IMG/VR virus record: IMGVR_UViG_3300025082_000008
Span: 1-59,582 of that record
Source: a virus
Lineage: Duplodnaviria > Caudoviricetes
Reading direction: 5' to 3' (one strand)
Length of the DNA stretch: 59,582 nt
Positions 31,584 through 39,225 of the stretch are shown here, one piece after another (within the stretch, counting starts at the first letter, position 1; each line of letters begins with the position of its first letter). A program made the translations under genes and the position numbers. Under the pieces are notes generated by a model. The model was not told where the DNA came from. It saw only the letters and a program-made list of their open reading frames with translations, and ran no database searches.

Positions 31584-31850
31584 ATGGCCAAAGTAAGAAA
31601 GTTGACACCTCGACGTTTAAAGAGAATCATTGAAGAAGAAAAAAGAAGGCTCAGAATTTCAAAGCCCAGGCCTGTGACTAAGTCAAAGCCCAGGACAAGA
31701 AAGAAGAAGCACAATTCGTCATCAAGTGTCGTAGCACAGATAAGAGCGCTAGCCGAATTAAAGCGCCGCGAGACAAAGGCAGCTAAGCGCCTAAAGAGAA
31801 TCTATGAAGCCCGGAAGTTAATCAAGAAAGAATTGATTAGGAGACTATAA
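31584..31850 (+). CDS. Small highly basic protein, possible DNA-binding core protein
   Basis: 88 aa, very Arg/Lys-rich; SD GAGGAGG. Confidence 0.7.
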   Translation: MAKVRKLTPRRLKRIIEEEKRRLRISKPRPVTKSKPRTRKKKHNSSSSVVAQIRALAELKRRETKAAKRLKRIYEARKLIKKELIRRL

Positions 31851-32359
31851 TGGCAGAACAACCGCAAACTATAGTTGAAGCTGCTTTAGCCACAGACCGC
31901 GCTATGGGTGCAAGAAAAGAAAGTAATTTAAGATCATCATACCCGGCGTCGCCGATTTACTCAGGTGATGTTACTGATGCTGAAAGAAAGAAACTTTTTC
32001 AAGAAACAGCACTTGATGGCGTCGTCCTGGGCGGACTCGGTGTGAACTCGTATGATCGTGACTTCAAGGGAACAACACAAGATCCTGTTCCCAGTCTAGA
32101 AGATGTTGCAACAGGCGGAGGCGGCCTTCCTGCTACACCATACATACCGAACTTGACTAGTCCCGGGCCCGGAAGTGTGAGTGCAACAGATCAGCCTGAA
32201 TTCAATGGAATACTACCTACTCCTGAAAATAATTTGGAGTTTGGAAGCGGATTACCAGGAACAACATCACCAGATGAAACTTCAGAAAGAATAGCTGAAC
32301 AGTCACTAGGTAATTACATCTCAGGAAAATCGTATCTAGGATCAAACGGTCAGTCTTAG
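31850..32359 (+). CDS. Hypothetical Pro/Gly-rich head-module protein
   Basis: 169 aa; TAATG overlap with the upstream gene; SD AGGAG. Confidence 0.7.
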   Translation: MAEQPQTIVEAALATDRAMGARKESNLRSSYPASPIYSGDVTDAERKKLFQETALDGVVLGGLGVNSYDRDFKGTTQDPVPSLEDVATGGGGLPATPYIPNLTSPGPGSVSATDQPEFNGILPTPENNLEFGSGLPGTTSPDETSERIAEQSLGNYISGKSYLGSNGQS

Positions 32360-32362
32360 ACA

Positions 32363-32980
32363 ATGTCTGCTTTTGGCCTTACCCCATATGAGCCAGGTAC
32401 TCCTGGAGGATTAGGAAATGTTAGAGGCGGTGGTCACCCTGTAACTGGAAAGACTAGGGGCCAGACATTTCCTATTTATGATAAGAATATAGGTGATGAA
32501 TCTTATTATCTTGATTATGATGAAGAAGATGAAGATTTCGATCCTCAAGATTTTGATGAGACCGACGCGTACATTAATAAGATAAGAAGAAAAACCGACT
32601 CGCATGCTGTTCACAGGGCAGACATTGGAGGAAGAAGAGATGTGGGTAACGCTGTAACAAACGTAGGTGGATATTTAACTATGGAGTTTGCAGGTGATCA
32701 CACGACACCCGTATCTAAAGGTCTTTCACCAAGACTAACATACAGAACAAGGACGAACACAAAAGGTCCTGCCATGGGCACTCAAGGGAGTGCTATGTAT
32801 ATAAGGAATAAGCCTGGGCGCCAAGACGGCACGCAGTTTGGTACATCACGCGCACCCTTGCCCAAGCATTACGAAGATGAAGAAAATATCTGGTCTTTGT
32901 CAGATATTGACCCTTACGATAATGCTGTGAAAAGACAGAATAAAATAAGAAACTATATTCATTCATTAGAAGATTATTAA
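32363..32980 (+). CDS. Hypothetical head-module protein
   Basis: 205 aa; Gly-rich with an acidic tract; packed between head genes. Confidence 0.65.
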   Translation: MSAFGLTPYEPGTPGGLGNVRGGGHPVTGKTRGQTFPIYDKNIGDESYYLDYDEEDEDFDPQDFDETDAYINKIRRKTDSHAVHRADIGGRRDVGNAVTNVGGYLTMEFAGDHTTPVSKGLSPRLTYRTRTNTKGPAMGTQGSAMYIRNKPGRQDGTQFGTSRAPLPKHYEDEENIWSLSDIDPYDNAVKRQNKIRNYIHSLEDY

Positions 32981-33034
32981 AGAAGAGATAATACACATTA
33001 TGAGTGATATTTATTAAGCGAGATAGGTGATAAC

Positions 33035-34495
33035 ATGTCGAGTAAAATTTTTGAGGAAGCAATAGCTGATGCAAAAAAGCTTAGAGAAGTTGCAGAAGAC
33101 AATGCAAAGAAAGCAATTCTTGAAGCTGTCACACCGAAAATAAGACATTTTATAGAAGAGCAGCTGTTAGAATCGAGTGATACTAACGAAGACATGTTCA
33201 TCGCTGATGAAAGAGAAGAGCTATCTGAAGATGTTTTTTTAGATGAGCATGCATTGAGCTCTTTGGTTGCTATGCTTGGAGGTGACGAAATATTAAACTC
33301 GCTTAGTGAGTCACATTCAGCTTCAGTGATAAATAGTTCTGTAAAAGAGGCAGTTGCTTCTCTTTCGAGCAGACAAAGAGATAAATTATTAGAAATTGCA
33401 AATAAAATTAACAATACTGTGGATAATTTAGCAAATAGCGAGATAAGTAATAAAGTCGTCAAAAATGAGGAGAATTCAGTTATGGCAGATAGAAATTTTT
33501 ACGAAGTTGATCTAAAAGCGCTTCGTGAAGCACTTGAAGAAGACTTAGGAACCGAGAACACGGCAACAGAAGGTCAAGAGCTCTACCCAGAAGAAGGGGT
33601 AGACGAGATGGACTGGGCTACAGAAGATAGCGACCTGTCTGAGATGCTTCAAGAGTTGCGTTTAGTTCTTGACTTAGGCCCAGATATTGAAGAAGATGCA
33701 CTGCCAGAAGATCTCCTCGGTATGGTGCTTCCTGACGAAGACGAAGAAGGCGATGAAGACCTCGACATGGACGATGAAGATGAAGGTGATGAAGGTGATG
33801 AAGGCGAATTCGAGATGCCTGACTTCGGTGACCTTGGAGATGATGCGGGTGAAGAGCCCCCACCGGCTGAGGAATCTTATACAGTCGACGCGACGATGCT
33901 CAAAGAGGAGCTCGCGCGCGCGCGACGCATGCTGCGTGAAGGTAATGTTGACCATCACTTCGGAGGCAAGGGCACATCAAAGGCCGGCACGAAGAACGCG
34001 TTTGGTGGATCAGGAAAGAAGAATGTAGGTTACAAAAACGCCTTCGGAGGCGGAAGCTACGGCTCAGATCCATTTGAAAACCCACCACAGATTAATAAAT
34101 TAAACGAGGCTATACGCCAGCTGAGACGCATGAATCGATCTCAGAAAGAGAAACTGAATAAATACAGAGGCGCGATCAATACGCTTCGTGAACAGTTGGA
34201 AGATCTCAACCTATTTAATGCTAAGCTGCTTTATGTGAATAAGCTTCTTCAGAACAAGACTCTTTCTGAGTCTGAGAAGAAGTCAGTCATTAAGGCGCTC
34301 GATGAGGCAAGAACTCTTAGAGAGGCTAAGTCATTATATGGTTCTTTGACCGAGACATTCGGTAGAGGATCCAAAGGTAACTTAACTGAGTCTAGACGAT
34401 ACGGAAGTTCGTCTAGAGCAACTACGTCCTCGTCTGGCACTGGTCGAGTCAATGGTGAACTCGACAGATGGCAGACACTAGCAGGACTTAAGTAA
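33035..34495 (+). CDS. Prohead scaffolding/core protein (T4 gp22-like position)
   Basis: Directly upstream of the capsid gene; acidic, coiled-coil; many LxE sites (LLES, LSES, LREG, LNEA, LTES); ends RWQTLAGLK. Confidence 0.8.
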   Translation: MSSKIFEEAIADAKKLREVAEDNAKKAILEAVTPKIRHFIEEQLLESSDTNEDMFIADEREELSEDVFLDEHALSSLVAMLGGDEILNSLSESHSASVINSSVKEAVASLSSRQRDKLLEIANKINNTVDNLANSEISNKVVKNEENSVMADRNFYEVDLKALREALEEDLGTENTATEGQELYPEEGVDEMDWATEDSDLSEMLQELRLVLDLGPDIEEDALPEDLLGMVLPDEDEEGDEDLDMDDEDEGDEGDEGEFEMPDFGDLGDDAGEEPPPAEESYTVDATMLKEELARARRMLREGNVDHHFGGKGTSKAGTKNAFGGSGKKNVGYKNAFGGGSYGSDPFENPPQINKLNEAIRQLRRMNRSQKEKLNKYRGAINTLREQLEDLNLFNAKLLYVNKLLQNKTLSESEKKSVIKALDEARTLREAKSLYGSLTETFGRGSKGNLTESRRYGSSSRATTSSSGTGRVNGELDRWQTLAGLK

Positions 34496-34540
34496 AGTAA
34501 AAACTGTTCACAATAATTAACTTAAAAGGAGAAAAATATT

Positions 34541-36457
34541 ATGTCTAGAACATTTTCCCTCAATCAGTTAACGGAAGGGATCCGTGATCGCAATGTGGGC
34601 GCCGAAGGGCGTCGTCTAGTCGAGAAATGGACCCGAACCGGTCTACTGAGAGGACTCGGAGATTACAAGCGCGAGGCTATGTCTCGTCTGCTTGAAAACC
34701 AAGCCGCACAGGTACTACGTGAGGCCAACGTGCTTGGTTCTTCAAACGCTGACTCAGGTCGTGTCGATGGATTTTCAAACATCGCTTTCCCGATCGTGCG
34801 TCGTGTTTTCGGCGGACTCGTTGCAAACGAGCTCGTTTCAATTCAGCCCATGAGCTTACCGTCTGGTCTGCTCTTCTACCTTGACTACACCTACGGCTCT
34901 GATGTCGGCGGTGACAGCTCACAGTCAGGCACAAACCTGACAGGTACTAACGTCACGTATGAACAAGGCCAGTCGCTATATAATAACCCCCCAGGCTCCG
35001 GTGTCCGTTCAGGTTCACTTGCTGTAGGTGGTCATTACGACTTAGTCGGTACGTCATACACACAACAGCATGCAACTGCAGTGCTTGGTGCAGGTGACTG
35101 CATAATGTTCTCCGGATCATTCGGTGGCGGATCTGCACAGGTCGCAGCAAATGCTGTCCGTGCTACAACTAGTGGCTCTGATGGTAAGCTACTTCAGTTC
35201 GACCCGCAGATCGTACAGCTGATAGAAGAGGATAACCCTCACACATTCTTGATCGTGGCCGCGAACGTGCTGTCATCTTCAAATAGTGTCAGGATGGATC
35301 AGACTGCAGTTAAGTCATTAGCACTTTACGATGCAGGTAGCGGTCAGTCAGCTCTCGCGAGCTTAGGTGACTCAGTCCAAGGTGGCTCAGGCATCAAGAA
35401 CGTGCGACGTCTTAACCAGCTAGGTACGTGGAACTCGACAACTTCGAAGTTTACTGTAAACGCGCTTAAGCCGCTTACAGACGCTGATGCAGGCGTTCTT
35501 TGTGTCGTTTCAGGAACGTACGCAGGCTCAATTGCTGCTACGTCAACCAACTTCCAGTATCTTACAGCATCATTCGTTATCTCTGATAGCGTATCTGCTG
35601 CAGGTGGAACTGGTGGAACACTCACAATTCCTAGCTTCGAGTCTGACTTCGCAGCTACACCTTCACCCGTCATCCCTGAGATCGACATCAAGATCGAGTC
35701 AATCGCTGTTACAGCGACGACCCGTAAGCTCCGTGCTCGCTGGTCACCAGAACTCGCTCAGGATCTGAACGCTTACCACAGCCTCGACGCTGAGGTTGAG
35801 CTCACACAGATCCTCTCTGAGCAGATCGCTCTAGAGATCGATCGTGAGATCCTTAACGATCTCCTGGTAGAGGCTGCAGGTGCAAACTATTACTGGTCAC
35901 GTAGTCCTGGTAAGTTCGTTAATAAGAACAGCGGCGCTGCTGCTACTCTTGCTAGCACGCTAGCCACAGGGCCTCAGTTCACTGGTACAGTTCGTGAGTG
36001 GTACGAGACACTCGTCGAGACAATCATCGACGTGGCTAACGAGATCCACAGAAAGACTCTCAGAGGTTCTGCTAACTTCATCGTGGTTTCACCTGAAGTT
36101 GCAACGATCTTCGAGGCCTCTGTGCTCTACAAGCCCACTATCAAGCTTGATGGTGATGGACAGGTCTCTGCTCCATTCTCACTCGGTGCTGCTGCAATTG
36201 GTAGCTTGAGCAACCGTTTCACGGTCTATAAGGACCCCTACTTCCCACGCAACAAGGTACTTGTTGGGTACAAGGGCGGTAGCTACCTTGAGACAGGTTA
36301 CGTATACGCTCCTTATGTCCCGCTTATCGTCACCCCGACGATCTTTGCGCCAGAGGACTTCACACCCCGTAAGGGCGTGATGACTCGCTACGGCAAGAAG
36401 ATGGTTCGAGCTGACTTCTACGGTACAGTTACAGTCATGGATATGGACATCATCTAA
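34541..36457 (+). CDS. Major capsid protein (T4 gp23-like)
   Basis: LLENQ, VSIQPMSLPSGLLFY, TRKLRARWSPELAQDLNAYHSLDAEVEL, YAPYVPL, GVMTRYG; strong SD AAGGAG. Confidence 0.95.
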   Translation: MSRTFSLNQLTEGIRDRNVGAEGRRLVEKWTRTGLLRGLGDYKREAMSRLLENQAAQVLREANVLGSSNADSGRVDGFSNIAFPIVRRVFGGLVANELVSIQPMSLPSGLLFYLDYTYGSDVGGDSSQSGTNLTGTNVTYEQGQSLYNNPPGSGVRSGSLAVGGHYDLVGTSYTQQHATAVLGAGDCIMFSGSFGGGSAQVAANAVRATTSGSDGKLLQFDPQIVQLIEEDNPHTFLIVAANVLSSSNSVRMDQTAVKSLALYDAGSGQSALASLGDSVQGGSGIKNVRRLNQLGTWNSTTSKFTVNALKPLTDADAGVLCVVSGTYAGSIAATSTNFQYLTASFVISDSVSAAGGTGGTLTIPSFESDFAATPSPVIPEIDIKIESIAVTATTRKLRARWSPELAQDLNAYHSLDAEVELTQILSEQIALEIDREILNDLLVEAAGANYYWSRSPGKFVNKNSGAAATLASTLATGPQFTGTVREWYETLVETIIDVANEIHRKTLRGSANFIVVSPEVATIFEASVLYKPTIKLDGDGQVSAPFSLGAAAIGSLSNRFTVYKDPYFPRNKVLVGYKGGSYLETGYVYAPYVPLIVTPTIFAPEDFTPRKGVMTRYGKKMVRADFYGTVTVMDMDII

Positions 36458-36480
36458 TCTAAGATAAGATACGTTCGAAT

Positions 36481-36516
36481 AAAAGGCACCCCTTGCGGGG
36501 TGCCTTTTTTGTTTTT
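36481..36516 (+). terminator. Rho-independent terminator after the capsid gene
   Basis: AAAAGGCACCCC-TTGC-GGGGTGCCTTTT followed by a T-tract. Confidence 0.9.
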
Positions 36517-36541
36517 ATACATTGTTAGCTCTATGTGTATA

Positions 36542-36799
36542 ATGAGTGTAAAGGAAGTGATGATGTTAATAGATCCGGACGCAACGCGCGAAAAAGCTGA
36601 GGATGAGATTGTTGAAACATTCGACACATGTGCAGAAACGGACATGGGAGTTCGAATGCAATTACTTAACTTAGCAAAAGAAATACTACAGCATAAAGCA
36701 GCAATGCGATGGGAAACTCATAAGCAAATTGAAGATATAACAATTGACTCGCTAATAGAAGAGACAAGAAAACTTTACTCTTTTGTGACAGAAAATTAG
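36542..36799 (+). CDS. Hypothetical protein (start uncertain, 36542-36563)
   Basis: The listed start at 36500 lies inside the terminator; AAGGA precedes GTG/ATG codons near 36557-36563. Confidence 0.55.
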   Translation: MSVKEVMMLIDPDATREKAEDEIVETFDTCAETDMGVRMQLLNLAKEILQHKAAMRWETHKQIEDITIDSLIEETRKLYSFVTEN

Positions 36800-36866
36800 A
36801 AGTAATTGTTTTGTAAGTATATGTAGATGCATCATATTTAATATACGGTGTATAGGAGATTCACTA

Positions 36867-37217
36867 ATGTATATGTTGTTATTGTTACTGTTATTGTCAG
36901 TTCAGATCAGTTATCCAGCTTTTGCAGATCCAGGTCAAAAAGTCCAACCAGTTTATGAGCCAACTCAAGAACGTGAAGTCAGTAATATTGTTGTTGCTGT
37001 CCCTCGTGATGAGAGCTTGAATCTATCAATTGCTTTTTTGACATATATCGGTATGAGTAGCAAAGTTTACGTGCAAACGACAGGCACAACTATTTTTAAT
37101 AATCCAGCTATTATATTAACCACCCCGGTTGATGCTTGTGACTATGTTGCAATAAATGAAAAATGTCTTAATAAAGAACCCGTTTGGAAATTCATACTAT
37201 TTCGAAACGAAGGCTAA
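36867..37217 (+). CDS. Hypothetical exported protein with signal peptide
   Basis: MYMLLLLLLLSVQISYPAFA-D: hydrophobic core plus AxA site; SD AGGAG. Confidence 0.65.
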   Translation: MYMLLLLLLLSVQISYPAFADPGQKVQPVYEPTQEREVSNIVVAVPRDESLNLSIAFLTYIGMSSKVYVQTTGTTIFNNPAIILTTPVDACDYVAINEKCLNKEPVWKFILFRNEG

Positions 37218-37233
37218 TCAAGTAAAACTCCGC

Positions 37234-37262
37234 GTGTACAACTCGTAGGCGCTGTGTATACT
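37234..37262 (+). promoter_or_regulatory. Putative early/middle promoter of dUTPase
   Basis: GTGTAC 37234-39, 17 nt, TATACT 37257-62. Confidence 0.55.
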
Positions 37263-37279
37263 TGAATTATGGCATTGCT

Positions 37280-37738
37280 GTGATACTAGAGTATTCAAAA
37301 ATACACGACGGCGCTCACGCGCCTGATCGTGCAAATCCTTCTGATGCTGGGATAGATGTATTTTTTAGTCCTGGCATTGATGAACCACAGGAAACTGTGA
37401 TCGAGCCAACCACAAGTATTCTGCTTGGCACGGGATTAAAATTTGGGATACCTCATGGATACATGCTTGAGGTGAAGAATAGATCATCTTGGGCATATAA
37501 GTTTCAGCTCTTGGTAGGCGCCTGCGTAATTGATTCTGGCTATTTAGGGGAGGTGATGATTAATTTACACAACGTGGGTAGCCTACCAAGAGTTGTTAAA
37601 TCGGGAGACAAGATCGCGCAGATTGTGATGATCCCAGTTATTCACTTCCGACCTCATCTAACTAGCGAGGAGCATCTTTATGAAGATGAGCTATGTGTCT
37701 CATCAAGAGGCACAGGCGGTTTCGGATCAACTGGATGA
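37280..37738 (+). CDS. dut: Trimeric dUTPase
   Basis: DAGIDV, NRSS, VIDSGYLGEV, GDKIAQ, RGTGGFGSTG; GTG at 37280 preferred because the TTG at 37262 overlaps the -10 box. Confidence 0.93.
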   Translation: MILEYSKIHDGAHAPDRANPSDAGIDVFFSPGIDEPQETVIEPTTSILLGTGLKFGIPHGYMLEVKNRSSWAYKFQLLVGACVIDSGYLGEVMINLHNVGSLPRVVKSGDKIAQIVMIPVIHFRPHLTSEEHLYEDELCVSSRGTGGFGSTG

Positions 37739-38065
37739 CATGTATTTAATCCAGCTATAACGCTTTCTATTTAAAATATAAACCCAGTCACCTTGATTGG
37801 TATATGCTTCTCGCTCAAAAGGTATCTCAGTATACGCTTTGTGCGAGTTTTTATATTTTACCATTCCTATCAGCCAAAATATTGCGTAAAGAACATAGAA
37901 CCCAACTAGAAGAAGTTCTTTTTGCTGTTTTAAGTGTATATTCTCGTGATTAAGCGTAATGGGATTCCCTTCATCTCTTACGAAGATAAACGGCCACAAA
38001 GTAATTGCATACACATCTATAAACACAGACGATAATTTAGGTACAATACTATTCTTGATAATCAT
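37727..38065 (-). CDS. Hypothetical membrane protein with HExxH...E (zincin-like) pattern
   Basis: 112 aa; AITLWPFIF, LNHENIHLKQ, hydrophobic helix, FEREAY; fills the gap between + strand genes. Confidence 0.75.
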   Translation of the reverse strand: MIIKNSIVPKLSSVFIDVYAITLWPFIFVRDEGNPITLNHENIHLKQQKELLLVGFYVLYAIFWLIGMVKYKNSHKAYTEIPFEREAYTNQGDWVYILNRKRYSWIKYMSSS

Positions 38066-38146
38066 AGCAAAACCTTTTAAAGTTTGAGTAGTTGCGTTAT
38101 AATTATCCTACGAGTATATCATTTTTCATTTTAAAGGAGAAAAATA

Positions 38147-38359
38147 ATGCCCAGAGCAGCAAGAACAACAACAGACCACAGTCATGCAGACTTAGAGAAA
38201 GAGATCGCTGCGCTTCGTAAGGAAGTTGCAGAGCTTAGAGCGCAATTAGCGAAGAGGCCTGCCAGAGGCGCCGGCGGCGCAGACCCTAGGGTAGACGCTT
38301 TGTGGGAATCGCAAGGCGGAGAGGGTAATCCTACTTTAGCAAAATTATTGAAAAAGTAG
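38147..38359 (+). CDS. Small coiled-coil hypothetical protein
   Basis: 70 aa; LEKEIAALRKEVAELRAQL heptads; SD AAGGAG. Confidence 0.7.
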   Translation: MPRAARTTTDHSHADLEKEIAALRKEVAELRAQLAKRPARGAGGADPRVDALWESQGGEGNPTLAKLLKK

Positions 38360-38376
38360 TATTAAAAGTAGTATTA
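38353..38376 (+). repeat. 12-bp tandem duplication
   Basis: AAAGTAGTATTA twice (38353-64, 38365-76), spanning the stop codon. Confidence 0.85.
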
Positions 38377-38395
38377 GCTGGATATATAAAAGCAG

Positions 38396-38457
38396 GCCCG
38401 GTTTATTATAATCACCTGACACCCACAGGGAATCGGAATCATTGGGAGCAAAAGGAG
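38396..38457 (+). ncRNA. Putative structured cis-regulatory leader RNA (pseudoknot)
   Basis: CCGGTTT/GAATCGG outer stem, CCTG/CAGG inner stem, loop CCCA complementary to TGGG just before the SD. Confidence 0.4.
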
Positions 38458-38462
38458 AGATT

Positions 38463-39071
38463 ATGCCAAAAGTAACATACACAGTAGGAAAAGGTTTAGT
38501 TCAGGAAAGTGGTGGCGGAATCACAATGAACTATCTGGATTTCCTATCAGGAAACCTAAACAACCTGACAGACACCGTAGCAGCAGTTACAGATGCTGAA
38601 GCTGATAGTGCAAAAGCCAGCGCGACCGCTACCACAATCGCAGCTGCTCGAGTAGCACCAAATGCTGTCAACACCCTAGCATGGGATTCCGGCGCCGCAG
38701 GATCTATCTATCTGCCAAGAGGAACTGTTGATACACACTTGGTAGTACACCTTACCGGTGACCCGGATGAGGCCAATGCACTTGATATCTTTTGTCAAGG
38801 TGCAGCTGATGCTAGCGGATCAGAAGTTTTGGCAAAGCAGGTAATCAGCTCTAACGTTGGTTCTGCAGCAGCCGCCTCTGTTTTGACTGCAGGTACATCC
38901 ACTGTACCAACTTCTGTTAAACTAATTTATACGCCGGCTGCTACAGCAACAAATTTTTTACAAGCAGGTAGCTTGATTCATTTTTATTGCATTGTAGAAA
39001 ACCAATGGCTGGTCAGAATTCAGAATGTTACTGAAGGTGTTGGTAGTACCGGTGCTTTGACAGTCGCTTAA
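38463..39071 (+). CDS. Hypothetical Ala/Thr/Gly-rich protein, possible capsid decoration or fibre protein
   Basis: MPKVTYTVGKGLVQE...; SD AAGGAG at 38452-57 favours ATG 38463 over TTG 38442; followed by a strong terminator. Confidence 0.65.
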   Translation: MPKVTYTVGKGLVQESGGGITMNYLDFLSGNLNNLTDTVAAVTDAEADSAKASATATTIAAARVAPNAVNTLAWDSGAAGSIYLPRGTVDTHLVVHLTGDPDEANALDIFCQGAADASGSEVLAKQVISSNVGSAAAASVLTAGTSTVPTSVKLIYTPAATATNFLQAGSLIHFYCIVENQWLVRIQNVTEGVGSTGALTVA

Positions 39072-39094
39072 TACATAATTAAGTGCTAGGTTTT

Positions 39095-39122
39095 AAAGAC
39101 ACCCGCAAGGGTGTCTTTTTTT
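39095..39122 (+). terminator. Rho-independent terminator
   Basis: AAAGACACCC-GCAA-GGGTGTCTTT plus T-tract; GNRA loop. Confidence 0.9.
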
Positions 39123-39162
39123 ATTTCTTACGTACACGACGTTGATTTGTGTGCACTTTCAC

Positions 39163-39191
39163 GTGCAATAACATAGTTATAGGTGTATAAT
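39163..39191 (+). promoter_or_regulatory. Putative early/middle promoter with an embedded ATAGTTA motif
   Basis: GTGCAA 39163-68, 17 nt, TATAAT 39186-91; ATAGTTAT at 39173-80. Confidence 0.6.
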
Positions 39192-39225
39192 ATAAGTGTT
39201 AAACTAGAAGCAAGTGAGGGTACAC

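Noticed and set aside
25869-36457. Inteins or introns in terminase, portal or capsid genes
   Set aside because: Frames are continuous and I found no intein terminal motifs or homing endonuclease motifs
37727-38065. Bacteroidota host suggested by this gene's resemblance to proteins I associate with that phylum
   Set aside because: A single gene recalled from memory is weak evidence, and strong AGGAG Shine-Dalgarno use across the window argues against a Bacteroidota host
38353-38376. 12-bp direct repeat as an att site or target-site duplication
   Set aside because: The copies are adjacent with nothing between them, which fits simple slippage
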